From Podarcis muralis (taxonomy: Eukaryota), in the NCBI RefSeq assembly GCF_964188315.1, contig NC_135658.1, positions 47,740,001 to 47,804,000 of the forward strand: 64,000 bases of DNA, written 5' to 3'. Of the stretch, positions 51,776 through 63,659 are shown one piece after another. The notes under the pieces are model-generated. The model did no database searches, had not been told where the DNA came from, and was given only the letters and a program-made list of their open reading frames with translations. The position numbers and the translations under genes are program-made. Position 1 is the stretch's first letter, and every line of letters starts with the position of its first letter.

Positions 51776-52020
51776 TGTTAAGTTGTGGGTGAACATATCA
51801 GGCGACACAGCAATTCTTCAAACAGCTCTTGCTTATTCACAGGCCAGGAGAGAACTGAACTGAAGGCCAGGGTTCAGTCAGCCTGCTTATATAGAGCTCC
51901 AGTACAATGTAACTGTAACAATTTTTTAAAACTATCCAATCACTGAACGTCACTTTCGATCCCTTATTTGCATAACTATCTACAGTATCCCCCTGCTGGT
52001 CCAGGGTGAGAACTTCAGTA
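51776..52020 (-). mobile_element. Short solo LTR (Gypsy-like, about 245 bp)
   Basis: Plus-strand end TGTTAAG. The minus strand carries octamer ATGCAAAT, GATTGG, TATATAAG and AATAAG in promoter order. Embedded in (AAT)n. Confidence 0.65.
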
Positions 52021-52068
<48 letters not shown>

Positions 52069-52190
52069 TTATTTTTGCCCCACCCATCTGGCTGGGCATC
52101 CCCAGCCACTCCGGGCAGCTTCCAAAAAATTTGTTTATAATACTGTAATACATCAAACATTAAAAGCTTCCCTAAACAGGGCTGCCTTCA
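52021..52190 (-). mobile_element. L2 LINE 3' fragment with (ATT)n tail
   Basis: Reverse complement matches the 29090-29210 L2 3' end (GAAGGCAGCCCTGTTTAGGGAAGCTTTTAATG..GAAGCTGCCCGGAGTGGCTGGG). Confidence 0.85.
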
Positions 52191-52364
52191 AGGCAGCTTC
52201 CTCTGAAGGGACTGGTATATGGAATGCTACAAGTGCATCTCAGATTTTAGACAGGTAATAGAATCCACTAATCCACATTCATTTCTGGATGAACAGGGCT
52301 TCTGCTTCTGACTCTGCTATTGTGTAACCCTGCCAAGTCTGTACTGTGCTAAGTCAAAGGGAGC

Positions 52365-52389
52365 CTCCTCCTCCTCCTCCTCCTCCTCC
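52365..52389 (+). repeat. (CCT)n microsatellite
   Basis: Direct reading of the sequence. Confidence 0.9.
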
Positions 52390-53490
52390 TAGTTGCAATG
52401 ATGTTGGTGCCTGCTAAGTGCAAGGACACGCCTCTCACCCTCAACAATCTCTTGGTGTTGGCAGATGAGAAATACAACACATGGATTAGATTGAGAAGTG
52501 ACAAGGGTCATAGAGAGAGGAGTGGAAATTGGCTTACTTCCTCCCTTCCCCTCCCTTTATTTAACTATCTTAACCATTTTTGTTTGTTTCTACTGTTGTT
52601 TTCTGCTGCACTTGTTCCACATGCATGCTAAGCAAGAAGTAGAGAAGGCATAACATGTGAGAGAGAGCCTATGTGTAAAACTTGAAATGGCTGTTGCCGC
52701 AGCAGGTAAGCAAGTAGGAATGTGCCTGGCTGCCAGGTCCACTTGGAATCACTGACGGCTGTGCCATAGGTGCGCTCATATTTCATGGGGATGCATGGCA
52801 AGCTGCATGGTTGGAAAGAAGGAAGAAAGGCATGCTGGCTTGCTCGCTGGCTCTGCTTAAACACTGGTTGCCACTCTGATGAGGGCAGTAATATCCTGCT
52901 GCTATCCTTAGGTGAGTCCACTGTTGACAGCCTAGCCCAGAGCCTGCCTGCCTGCTCTGTTGGCTTGTCCAGAGTAGTATGATATTAGTCCAACAAGTGC
53001 TATCACAGCAGGAGAACGAGAGAGAGAGAGCAATGTGTTGGTCTGGTTCTCATCTCATGGAAGAACATATCTTGATGAGAGACAGAGAGGGATAAAATTG
53101 GTTTGTGTTTCCATGTTGCTTAATAACTTGTCTATACTATACGTGTAACCTGACCTGGAGTCTGTAGCTTGGCTCCCTTTCTCAAATTATCTGCTCTGCA
53201 TGAACCTTGGGTCCTCATGGATTCACTGGCTACACTTTCATATGAGTAGTTTCAGCCTTGAACTCCCAAACATGATTACAAAATATGAGGTATGTTTGTA
53301 AAAGCAGTGGCAGAACCAGCCCTAAATAAAGGCTACCCCTCTTTGGGTATGAATATCTCTAGCCACAGAATGTTGTTGTTGTTGATGATGATGATGGTGG
53401 TGATGATTTATTTACTGTCCTATACCCACAGGTCTCAGGCAGTTCACAGGGTGGTTGAAGTGGCTAACATGTCTCCAAATCAATATAAAA

Positions 53491-53617
53491 CAGGGATGGG
53501 GAACACGTGGCCCTCCAGACATTAGTGAAATCCAATTCCCATCAGCCCTAGTATGGTGAAGGGTCAAGGAAGTTGGAGTCCACCAACATCTGGAGAGCCA
53601 CAAGTTCCCCATCCCTG
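53491..53617. mobile_element. Palindromic hAT-type MITE
   Basis: Perfect 14-bp TIR CAGGGATGGGGAAC / GTTCCCCATCCCTG, with self-complementary internal arms. Confidence 0.85.
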
Positions 53618-54379
53618 CTTTATATTGATATAGAGACATGATGATGCCTGAAATAAATTGTGGTAGTTATTCCAAGTGGGCGGAGAGCATTCACTGGCCA
53701 AAGTAGGTGCTGATTTTCCATTATGTGATTCTGTACACTGATCTACACCGATTTCAGGTATGATTGTGTGTGTGTCTGTATCATTCAAAGCTGCACCATC
53801 TTGCTCAGTTCACTTTGGATTGTATGGCTGAGCCTCTGAACGCTGGTTCATTACTGCTGCAGAGAAGTGAAATGGTCTCTAACAAATGTCCTCCTCAGTC
53901 ATGCTGAATAGCATCTTCAGGATTATCCCACTGATTCCAGCATAAATAGTTCTGAAGAATCTGTTCCCAAGAAAGGCATTTCCTGACAAGAAAGGTCAGT
54001 GTATATTCAAAGGAGAATACTAACTGGAGTTGATGCTGTTTCTCCCATGCAGGTGAAACTACTCAGCTGTTAATTCATAGAGACAGAGCATCTTAAGGCA
54101 GAATCACTGGAGGATGTTTTGGCTTGTCATTTTGTGGTTTCAGTAGCTGCTCTGAGGTCATGGCTGCAACTGCATGTGAGAGACAAAATGTGAAAAAGAT
54201 TCACTGTGAATATATATCCGTGGCTATTGATCCTCCTGAGAACTGAGCAATCTCATCAATAACCTGGCTGGCTGGAGGGCTTTAAAACAAAACCAGGCCT
54301 TGCCTTATGCATGAAAGTCTTAAGAAAAGTCAGTATGGGACCAGTAGCAAAGTTCTTTCGAACTACTGAAGTCTATGAG

Positions 54380-54633
54380 CATACTCTCCAACATCTTGCT
54401 TATCAAAATCAGGATACTTGTTTTTTGGTTCCATGGTCCCGTGGGAGCCAATGTCTTTTGGTCCAGCGCTCTGGTGTGAGAGAGCTGATTCACACAAGAT
54501 CATGAGACCAAAAAACAAGCGTATTTTGGTCTGGAATGAACCAGCTGACTCACGCCAGAGTGCTGGACCAAAAACGGGGTGGCTTCTGTAATTCTGAGAT
54601 GTCCTGCTCAATTCGGGATGGTTGAGCGATATG
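54380..54633. mobile_element. Foldback MITE, probably hAT-derived
   Basis: Imperfect TIR CATACTCTCCAAC / GTTGAGCGATATG flanked by TATGAG direct repeats (54374-54379, 54634-54639), with an internal 37-bp inverted repeat. Confidence 0.65.
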
Positions 54634-54861
54634 TATGAGTTGGTATACGATTGAGTAGTTAGGATTAGGATGTAAGTAGTATATTAGTGAATGTGGGCAC
54701 CTGAGGTATGGCACCACAACCATATAGTTTGGGGCAGGACAACAGCTAAACAAACTGAGCTGGGAGTAATTGGAAAAGGTCACCATCCCCAAATGTGTTG
54801 GTGTTGTATTATGCAAAGTATAACACATTCATTGTTGTGTGCTATATGGATGTGGTCAAAT

Positions 54862-55433
54862 GTTGTTGTTGTTGTTTAGTTGTTTAGTCGTGTCCGACTC
54901 TTCATGACCCCATGGACCAGAGCACGCCAGGCACTCCTGTCTTCCACTGCCTCCCGCAGTTTGGTCAGACTCATGTTTGTAGCTTCGAGAACACTGTCCA
55001 ACCATCTCGTCCTCTGTTGTCCCCTTCTCCTTGTGTCCTCCATCTTTCCCAGCATCAGGGTCTTTTCCAGGGAGTCTTTTCTTCTCATGAGGTGGCCAAA
55101 GTATTGGAGCCTCAGCTTCAGGATCTGTCCTTCCAGTGAGCACTCAGGGGTTATTTCCTTAAGAATGGATACGTTTGATCTTCTTGCAGTCCATGGGACT
55201 CTCAAGAGTCTCCTCCAGCACCATAATTCAAAAGCATCAATTCTTTGGCGGTCAGCCTTCTTTATGGTCCAGCTCTCACTTCCATACATCACTACTGGGA
55301 AAACCATGGCTTTAACTATACGGACCTTTGTTGGTAAGGTGATGTCTCTGCTTTTTAAGATGCTGTCTAGGTTTGCCATCGCCTTTCTCCCAAGGAGCAG
55401 TCGTCTTTTAATTTTGTGACTGCTGTCACCATC
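54862..55433 (-). mobile_element. BovB LINE 3' fragment with TSD
   Basis: Minus-strand ORF ANLDSILKSRDITLPTKVRIVKAMVFPVVMYGSESW..KSRTRLNN with (CAA)n tail. 12-bp TSD ATGTGGT(C/T)AAAT at 54850-54861 and 55434-55445. Confidence 0.95.
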
Positions 55434-55472
55434 ATGTGGTTAAATAAACATCTGGAATTGAGAAAATGCTCT

Positions 55473-55475
<3 letters not shown>

Positions 55476-55520
<45 letters not shown>
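55476..55520 (+). repeat. (TA)n microsatellite
   Basis: Direct reading of the sequence. Confidence 0.95.
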
Positions 55521-55521
<1 letters not shown>

Positions 55522-58359
55522 GCAGGGCAGAAGAATAAGTATGGCTTTCACTATGTCTCAAAATCCCAGCCTTCATACATAAGTCCATCATTTAAATTCA
55601 GATAAATTATGAACTACCCATGTCAGTCTTGAGTAATCTTACTTTTTTGGTAGGGGGGAGCTGAGGTCAATTAAGAAAGAATCTCAAGCTTCTAAATCCA
55701 TATAGGCTTAACATAATAATGGAGAGATGAGATCAATTACTAGTGGAATGTCAAGGGTACAAACTTAAATGGTAATGATTCAGTGTCTGGCCTTGGTGCT
55801 CAAAAGTCAAGGTTGGAAAGTAAGGCAAGGTCAGATTTTAAATTTCTTGATGTGAACAGCAGATATTTATACAAAGTATAAATCCTTATGAGTAGGACTG
55901 ATGAGTAAGCAATTTATTGATCTAAATCTTTCGTAGCCAAAGTATATGCAAAGCTTGTGCTATCATACCTAATTCAGAGAGGAACAAGGAGGTACAATAC
56001 TTACCTCACTTGTGGCCTCTAACTTATTTATTTATTTATTTATTTGCAAATGCAATATAATAAACATAAATTTAACTACAACATGAGTGAAATAATGGGA
56101 AATTATAGAGTTAAATATTGACTCCCATTAATATGGGTTACAGCTAAAACTCCCCCTTTAGCTTGTTCTAGTGGTTACTTTCATATTCCTATACAGCTGT
56201 ATGTTAACTTGTTCTTCAATAAACAGCCTCTTGTGAGCAATGAGATCACATTTTGTCTGAGTTTGTTCCATTGGCTACATCATCAGGTCGCTTTTCAATC
56301 TTCCAATGAACCAGATTGATGCAATACCTAATAAAACAAGTATGAATAGTTGTTTGGTGCATAACATGCCCTCTTTCTCAGTATGTAATACACCAATCAA
56401 TTAGTATAGAGCAGCTTGTGAAATAGTTTCTTAGGATACTGCCACTCACCCCATCAAACAACCTCACTTACCATCTGTACAGATGCATGAAACCCCTGTA
56501 AGAATTTTTGCCAGCTTTATCCAGTTCTGCTAACAATCCTTGAATATTTCATCTGAAGAGGAACCTCTGCTTCAAAATTTTACTCTGAGTAAGCGCTAGT
56601 GACAATCTTTGAGAAATGTCACAGGTCTCATGGAAATTCTTTTAGTTCTGTGGTTTGAAAATGCCTTGGATATTTGAGGAAGAACAGCCAAATTGAATTT
56701 TCCATGAGGTGAAATTTCAGTGGCCATTGCAGACATTTGGAGCTAGAAGGGAATTAACCACATCACATTGCCAGAGGAACCTGTCTTCTGAAACATGTTG
56801 AGATGTAATCAAGTCCTCTTAGGTGGAACTTCTGAGAACCAGTACCTCCTCTTTCTGCATTCTTTCTGGAAGGGAATTTCATACCATGTCTCAAAAAAAA
56901 AATCCTCTCCTAGCAAGAAGGGGGGCTGGCTGTCATAAGAAGTGAAAGGACAGAGGTGGGATTTTAGTGGTGTTGGAAATAAGTGTCGGAGAAATCACTG
57001 AGTAATGATTGGAATTGGGCCCAATTTCACTAGTGACACTGAGGCCATAATTATGCCTCTCCTGGAATTAAATTTGAACATTCTCATCATGACTTCTTTC
57101 CACTGTCCAGAGGGATCCGCTGCTTGTGTTTTGCAATGTGTGAAGTATAAAACCTACTTTTAACTAACACCTGATCTTTCTCAATAGTAATAATTACAGA
57201 CTATTTTAATAAAATGCATTCCATTCAAATATTTCCTCGTAGCAAAATTATGAGGATCAGAAAGAATAGCAAGCTCTTTAATGAGAATGAGGGAGTGTTT
57301 TAAAGCTTAAACTGTTCACTTCTTTGACTACATTGAAAAATTATCGGTTGAGCTTGACCAAAGGCTAGCTTTCTGGGAAAATCAGATTAATCAATATTGG
57401 TATTAAGATATTTTTTTGTGGGGGGTAATGTTGAAACAATGGGCAACTCTATGATCAGCAGGAGGATTGGTCAAATTGCTTCTTAATCTTATAGACATGT
57501 TCTTCTATATCAGTTGGCAAGGATCCAAAATGTTTTGAACATCACTGCACATAGCTCTACTCAGCCAAAATTCATTAAGAGTCTCTTTCTCTTTTGTGCA
57601 GTTTATGCAACATAATACTGCACTCCTGATGAGTAATCCAGCTAGTTGTTATATGAATGCATGCTAATTACTAGTCACATCACATTTTTCAAGTCTGTAC
57701 ACAACAGCAAAATTGTCTCGGCTCTCCCCAAGTATTGAAGGAGACACCATTCATGGCTTTCTAAATAATTTTTGTTGATGAGTCCAGTGACTGGTGTCTT
57801 TTATTATTCACTAAAAGCTGAGGTGGTGGCAAGGGAATCCGAATTCACTCTACCTAATAGGAAAATGTTCTCCAGCCCAGACAATTAGATGGAAGCTCCT
57901 AATTTTTTTATCACTCTTCAGAGATATTTTCAATTAGCCATTCTGCAGTTTCATTGCTATGAAATGCATGGAAATATCTGAGGTTGAAGCTTTCAGACCA
58001 CTTACTCTGAAGTCACCCCATTTATTGCAGTGGAATAGCTCCAAAGGTTTTCTGATATCACATTCATACCCAGCACAGAATGGTGCATATAAATGTCTCA
58101 TCACATTAAATAAAAAATGGCAAATACATCTGCAGATAGATAGATATAGATATAGATACAGATATAAACAACAATAAAAAAGTAACAAGTATACTAAAAA
58201 CAATCTAATAACAAGCAGGTTCTGTTAAACTGAAAAGAAAATAAATAGTAGCTAATACGGTACTATAACAAGACAAATCAGGTGACATTTTAAAGACTTT
58301 TGGGACAGACTTATCCCAAAAGACTTAAGGTGCCAAGTACAGCACACCAGTTTAGAGAG

Positions 58360-58545
58360 AGATGCCATAATTTGGGTGCCAGCATTGAGAAAGCCTTGTT
58401 TCTGGTAGTCATCCACTCAGAAGATAGTGAACACCCAGAGAATGCCTAAAATCTTATTTTCTGAAAGACTTATGTGGGGAAGGGAATCCTTCAGGCACCC
58501 CAGCTCCAGACCATATAAGGCACAGAATACCACAACCAACACTTT
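58360..58545 (-). mobile_element. Decayed L2 fragment
   Basis: CCATAATTTGGGTGCCAGCATTGAGAAAGCC and TCCAGACCATATAAGGC are antisense L2-like motifs. Confidence 0.55.
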
Positions 58546-58590
58546 ACTGTTCTATACTTAGTTCCCTATTTTGCCAATTCAGCCCTGGGC

Positions 58591-58733
58591 TATAGGAACC
58601 TACCTTATACTGAGTCAGACCAATGGCCCATCTAACTCACTGTTATCTACACTGACAGGCAGCCACTCTGGTGGAGATGCTGGAGCTTGAACGTGGGACC
58701 ATCTGCATGCAAAATGGATGAACTACAGTCCTT
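58591..58733 (-). mobile_element. tRNA-Ala-derived SINE (Squam2-like), internally deleted
   Basis: Reverse complement TTTTGCATGCAGATGGTCCCACGTTCAAGCTCCAGCATCTCCA...TTGGTCTGACTCAGTATAAGGTAGGTTCCTAT. Confidence 0.75.
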
Positions 58734-60914
58734 CACTAAATTGTACATTGCTATAGTATGACTTAAGACAAAGGATATTGAATATTCTTTTAGTAGGATT
58801 ATTTCAACTTTCCCACATGAGTTCCCATTGAGCAAGAGCTACTGCAGCCCGCACAGTGCAAATAAAATGGCTCCTTGCTGTTTGCTGAGCTTTACACATC
58901 CTAGAATTTACCCAGCTTATGTAACTGGCCTTTTAAATAATTGTTAATGTTGCTGCCATTGTTAGTTCTGGTTATTTTAGTTCAGAGGATTTATTGTGTT
59001 TTTAAGATACCATGAACCATCTTGGGAGGGCTACGCCCCCAAAGGCAACATATCAATAAATAAAGTTTTGTACGTTTCTGCTGCTGTATAAAGTGTAAGA
59101 AGAGTTCAAGGACTACAAGATGGTTAAAATCATATGGCAAGAGATATTTTGCTTCAACAATATTTTTATCAACAAGCCTTGAATCAAGGGACAGAGAGAC
59201 GGGCAAGAGAGAAAGAGAGAGAGTTGATATTTGCAGAGAAGATTGCCAAGAAGTAGACAAACTTCAAGATAGGTCAGAGGACCTTCAGTATGAATAGGAA
59301 GTCAGCCAACCCTTGGATAGCTTGGAAAAGGCCGGAAAGACTGACAAGTGATTTTGAAGAACAGATTTGACAAGGAGCTTTGATGAGTAGTGCCTTTGTC
59401 ACCTGCTGATAAGAGTTCCATCAAAGCCAAAGAATGACGGGCTTTCTTTACCAGACAACTCAGAGGAACCCATCATTCTAAACTGAATTTTCTAAGGGGA
59501 AGGAAATGCCCAAGGAATTATCCAGTTATCACATCCAGAAGCTAATCAGCCAGTCTTGTCCAAGACAAGATGCGTTATTGCAGTTGGCTTGAAATAAGCT
59601 ACAAACCAATCAAGCAAATTAAGAGAGAAAGGACATACCATCTCTTCGCTGTTCATCCACATGGGCTTATGCTTGGTTTAAAAAATTATCATCCCCGCCC
59701 CCTGTGAATCTGCATCCGCATGAATCAGTCCCCTTGGGACTGGATGTGAAAGCAAATAGCCCAAGGTGTAGTTTAGCAACTGCACACAAGATGGCATGAG
59801 GAAGCGCCACCAGAATTATCTAAGGACAATGAGTAATTGGTGCAACAATTGTATGCCCTTATATGACTCTGCTGTGCTAGAAATAAGGCTAGGGACAGGG
59901 AGCTTAAACAATAAGCTGTTTATACAGAGCTGGAGCATGGTTAACCAGCATACACATAGTGACATCCTAAATCTCCCGTGACCTTTAACCACAATTCTCT
60001 GTGACTTTAAAGGGATCCAGGGTCACTCTTCTCAAAGATATTAGACAACCAGGATGAGCAGCCAGTAAGAGTTTTACAAATTCTGTGCCCTAAAGCAGAC
60101 AACCGCAGCGATTAATATATATTACTTCTGACACGTAAGTGAATATCCTACATGTGCATTTTGTTGTGGCTAAATTAAAGGACTTGAGAGAAAGAATACA
60201 TCAGTCTGGCACCAAGATTAATAGTCAAATTAGGAAAACCTTTTCTGTTAAACTAAAATAGGGTCACAGCAAAGATAATATGAAGGTTTAAGTCTGCAAT
60301 CCTAGACTTGCTTACTAGCGAATAAGGCCCATTGAATATAGTGAGATTTATCACATGCATAAGCATCCTCCGGCTCTCAACAAATAGGAAATCATGATTC
60401 TTCAGGGCCAAATATAGTGACTATGGCACAACAGTGCAGCCCCATTCAATGCAAGAGGTTCTACCATTTTTGCTTGTTCTTCTAGGGAAATTGTCCCACA
60501 TTTCTGTAAAGTGCCGCCTGTTGGGCTTGCTGCAGTGAAATGGCTTTTGTCTTCCCCATTGTGGTGATGAGTCTAGTAGTCTCCCCCATTGGAGCAATGA
60601 AGCCCTGAACTTCTAACCTTTTCAGAGACCTTCAACATCCTTGGGATCTTCTCAGTTATCCTACTGGCATTATTGAGAAACATTTTTCTTCCGTCCAGAT
60701 TAGGTTGCTTATACCACTGATCAGCTTGGGCCAAAAGTAAACTTAATTTCAGAGTGACCCTCTTACAAGGTAACACCCTTTTCCCCCAGAAGGTTTGTTT
60801 TGTCATCTGATTATAATTATCATTCATTTCATTTCTATATCCATTTATATTTTTAAGCAAAAAAATCTCCAAGTGGTTTACAGCTTACATTAAAACATAC
60901 AATAAAACTGGATA

Positions 60915-61241
60915 AAGCCTGGAGAAGAGGAGACAGAGAGGAGATATGATGGTCATCTTCAAATACCTAAAGGGGTGTTCCATGGAGGATGGAGCAAGCT
61001 GGCTTTCTCCTGCTCTGGCGGGTAGGACTTGAACCAATTGATTCAAGTTACAAGAAAGGAAGAACTGTCTGACAGTAAGTGCTGTTCAATAGTGGAACAG
61101 TCTCCTTCAGGAAGTTATGGACTCTAAGTAGAGGTTGGATGGCCCCTTGTCATTGATGCTTTAGTTGAGATTCCTGCATTGCAGGGGGTTGGACTAGATG
61201 ACCCTTGGGTCCTTTCCAGGTCTACAATTCTATGATTCTAT
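60915..61241 (+). mobile_element. CR1 LINE 3' fragment
   Basis: AGCCTGGAGAAGAGGAGACAGAGAGGAGATATGAT (SLEKRRxRGDM), then GGGGGTTGGACTAGATGACC and an ATTCTATGATTCTAT tail. Confidence 0.92.
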
Positions 61242-62476
61242 CGCTCTATAATAAAACATTGCTGTTTTATTCATTCAAAGCAATATATTTAACTGGAAAC
61301 TAAAATATTATCTTGAAGATTTCATATTAAAACATTGCAAAGAGGTCAGCTACAGAATGCACATTTAACATAGCAAAGTTAACAAAAAATATTTATCTTA
61401 AACATTTCAAAAGAAAACATTACTAAAGGAAGTCAAATATAAAATGTGCATTTAAAACAGAGAATAAAATATTATCCTAAGGATGATGGCATCTACATTC
61501 TGCACTCTAAGGCTGCATGTGGTCTTCTGACTAATTTTGTGTGGTCTTCAATCTAATTTCAAAAGCTCTCTGCCAGAGGTTGGGGAGGGGCAAATAACAG
61601 TCCAAACAAGGAGATTCCCACCCCACTTGCACCTCCATTGCTGGGATCCTGTCACTTACATAAAGTGTTGGCTTTATTCCAGAGAGCAAACTCTCCCCCT
61701 TAGAAATATACTTTGTTCCTTCAGTGCCCACCCAGATCTTTCCCCCCTGGTGCCACCACTGCTGTCTGCAGGTGAGCAGGTCAGAGTGATCTGTTCCTGC
61801 CCTAGCAGTCTGGTGATTGGTGATGGAGACAGAAGAGAAGGAAGGAGAAAGAGAGAGAATGGACTGACAGAAAGAGAATAAGAGAAACGGGGTTGGCTGC
61901 ACCCAGCAGTGGCCCTTCACATTGCCAACATGTGGACCCCAACAAATTACCCTTGAATGAACACAGTCCTCATCAGAAAAATTGTTCTCTCACCTGCTCT
62001 GTGGGCTGCCCTGGGAAGCCTCGTCTGTATGCATCTCTATATTACAGCCTTATCCCCCCCCCCCCCACCATTCGAAAGCATGAAGGAGAATTGAACTGGA
62101 AAGTAAGTTCCTGCAATATATGAGAATAATATAATACATGTAATTTATGTATTATACTTTGTATTTTTTTATATGTATATATAATGATAAACCAATAAAA
62201 ACTCATTTGGCAAAGAAAGAAAAAAAGAGAAGCTGATAATGGCAGAATCCTTCTGTGAAAAATGTGTCCTCAGGAATGAAATTGTATTTTGCAGAAACCA
62301 CAGAGATTATAAATATAGCATTATCATTTTTCATCATGTACCAGTAAACTAAGATGTCTGGTGGAAATTTGATGCAAGGCATTTGTAGCCTTCACATCAG
62401 GAAAGGGCTGCCTCACTGTGTTCTGATATAGGATTCTGAAAGTGGGGGGGAAATGGTACAACTACCAATATACACT

Positions 62477-62660
62477 TTATTTATTCAATTTATATCCCAC
62501 TTTTTTCTCTCCAATGAGCACAAGGTGGCATACATGGTTCTCCCTCATCCTCATTTAACCCCCACAACAATCCTGTGAGGTGGGTTAGGCTGAGAGGCAG
62601 TGAGTGGCCCAAGGTCACCCAGTGAGCTTCATGACCCTAGTTCAACACTAACCACTATTC
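62477..62660 (-). mobile_element. MIR/Ther1-derived SINE (Squam3-like); related decayed copy at about 20075-20190
   Basis: CORE-like CCTCACAACAATCCTGTGAGGTGGGTTAGGCTGAGA..GGCCCAAGGTCACCCAG. Confidence 0.8.
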
Positions 62661-62824
62661 CTCACTGAAAATGTAGTCTAGCAGCTTAATGTCATAACAC
62701 AATTACTGCATTGATCTTTGTTGAAGCATGTTGCAGTCATGAGACATTCTACAGTGGGGATCTGCAGTGTCTGGTTTCCTGGGGGGGGTGGCATTTGGGA
62801 GAAAACTGGAGGAGTAGGGTAGAA

Positions 62825-63659
62825 TATTGTTACCAGATGTCCCCTTTTCCCGGGGACAGTCCCCGGATTTACAAATCTGTCCCCGGACAAAATCCGTCCC
62901 CAGAATGTCCCCTGATTTCATTTAATGTCCCCGAATTTATATTTTAAGTGTTGTAGATTTATTAGTAGGGAATGAATGTTGCGTGGTTGGTTCAACGGCA
63001 CAAGACACATCATATGGTGACTTCCTGTGAGGCAAAATGGCGGGCGCCATGGCAGTGAGCAGCTCCTGAAGCCAGCCAGAGCCAACTGCGCTACCAGGCT
63101 GGGTCCAGGCTGCTGAGACTGCCGCTGCCACTGCCATTGCCAAGGGAGAACTGGGGACGGCCGGAGCATCAACTGGGGGAACCGCTGACCTCCCCCCCCC
63201 CCAGTGACCCAAATTGAGCCGGGAGCGAGAGCGCCCTACCGGCCGACTGCCCAGCAGTGCTCTGGGTCCAGAAAAACCCTGGAGCCGATGCAGCGAAAAC
63301 GAGGAGAGGAGGAGAAGGAAGAGAGAGAAAGAGGAATGAGAAAAAAGAGGGGAGCCCTGACCTTGCCGCGTCGCTGCCACCACCGCCGTTTAGGAGGAGA
63401 GGTAGGAGAGCACCGGGAGGGCAAGGACACATGGCCAAGCCCAGGCCCGGCTCGAGCCTACTCCAAGGCGGCTAGCGCTCCAAGAGAGCAAGCCGGGGCT
63501 CAGAGGAAGGCTGCGTGACAGAGGAGACTACAGAAGAGAAGATATTACTTCTTTAAAAAAACAAAAAAAAACAAAAAAACCTTTTTAAATAAGCTTTTTT
63601 TTTCCTTTACAAAAAAAGTGTCCCCAGATTATTTGGGGGGGGGGGGATTGGTAACCTTA
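62825..63659. mobile_element. Non-autonomous hAT-Blackjack-like transposon with GC-rich cargo
   Basis: TIR-like TATTGTTACCAGAT / ATTGGTAACCTTA. 8-bp TSD GGGTAGAA (62817-62824) versus GGGTAAAA (63660-63667). Multiple GTCCCC subterminal repeats. Confidence 0.85.

Larger units (their letters stand above)
51601..52203 (+). mobile_element. tRNA-Ala-derived squamate SINE (Squam2-like), split by an L2 and an LTR insertion
   Basis: GGGAAGGGCCATAGCTCA..CCCCAGCATCTCCAGGTAGG..GACCAATGGTCTGACTTGGTATA, with the final AGGCAGCTTCCT displaced to 52191-52202. Confidence 0.75.

Noticed and set aside
52690-52920. Two plus-strand donors (CAG|GTAAGC at about 52704, TAG|GTGAGT at about 52912)
   Set aside because: No promoter, acceptor or coding support.
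54880-55419. Longest ORF in the track (179 aa), with similar ORFs at 30460-30975 and 45821-46039
   Set aside because: These are antisense shadows of BovB ORF2, not host genes.
55997-56008. ATACTTACCT, identical to the U1 snRNA 5' end
   Set aside because: The following sequence is not U1. It is just a consensus donor on the opposite strand with no plausible exon.
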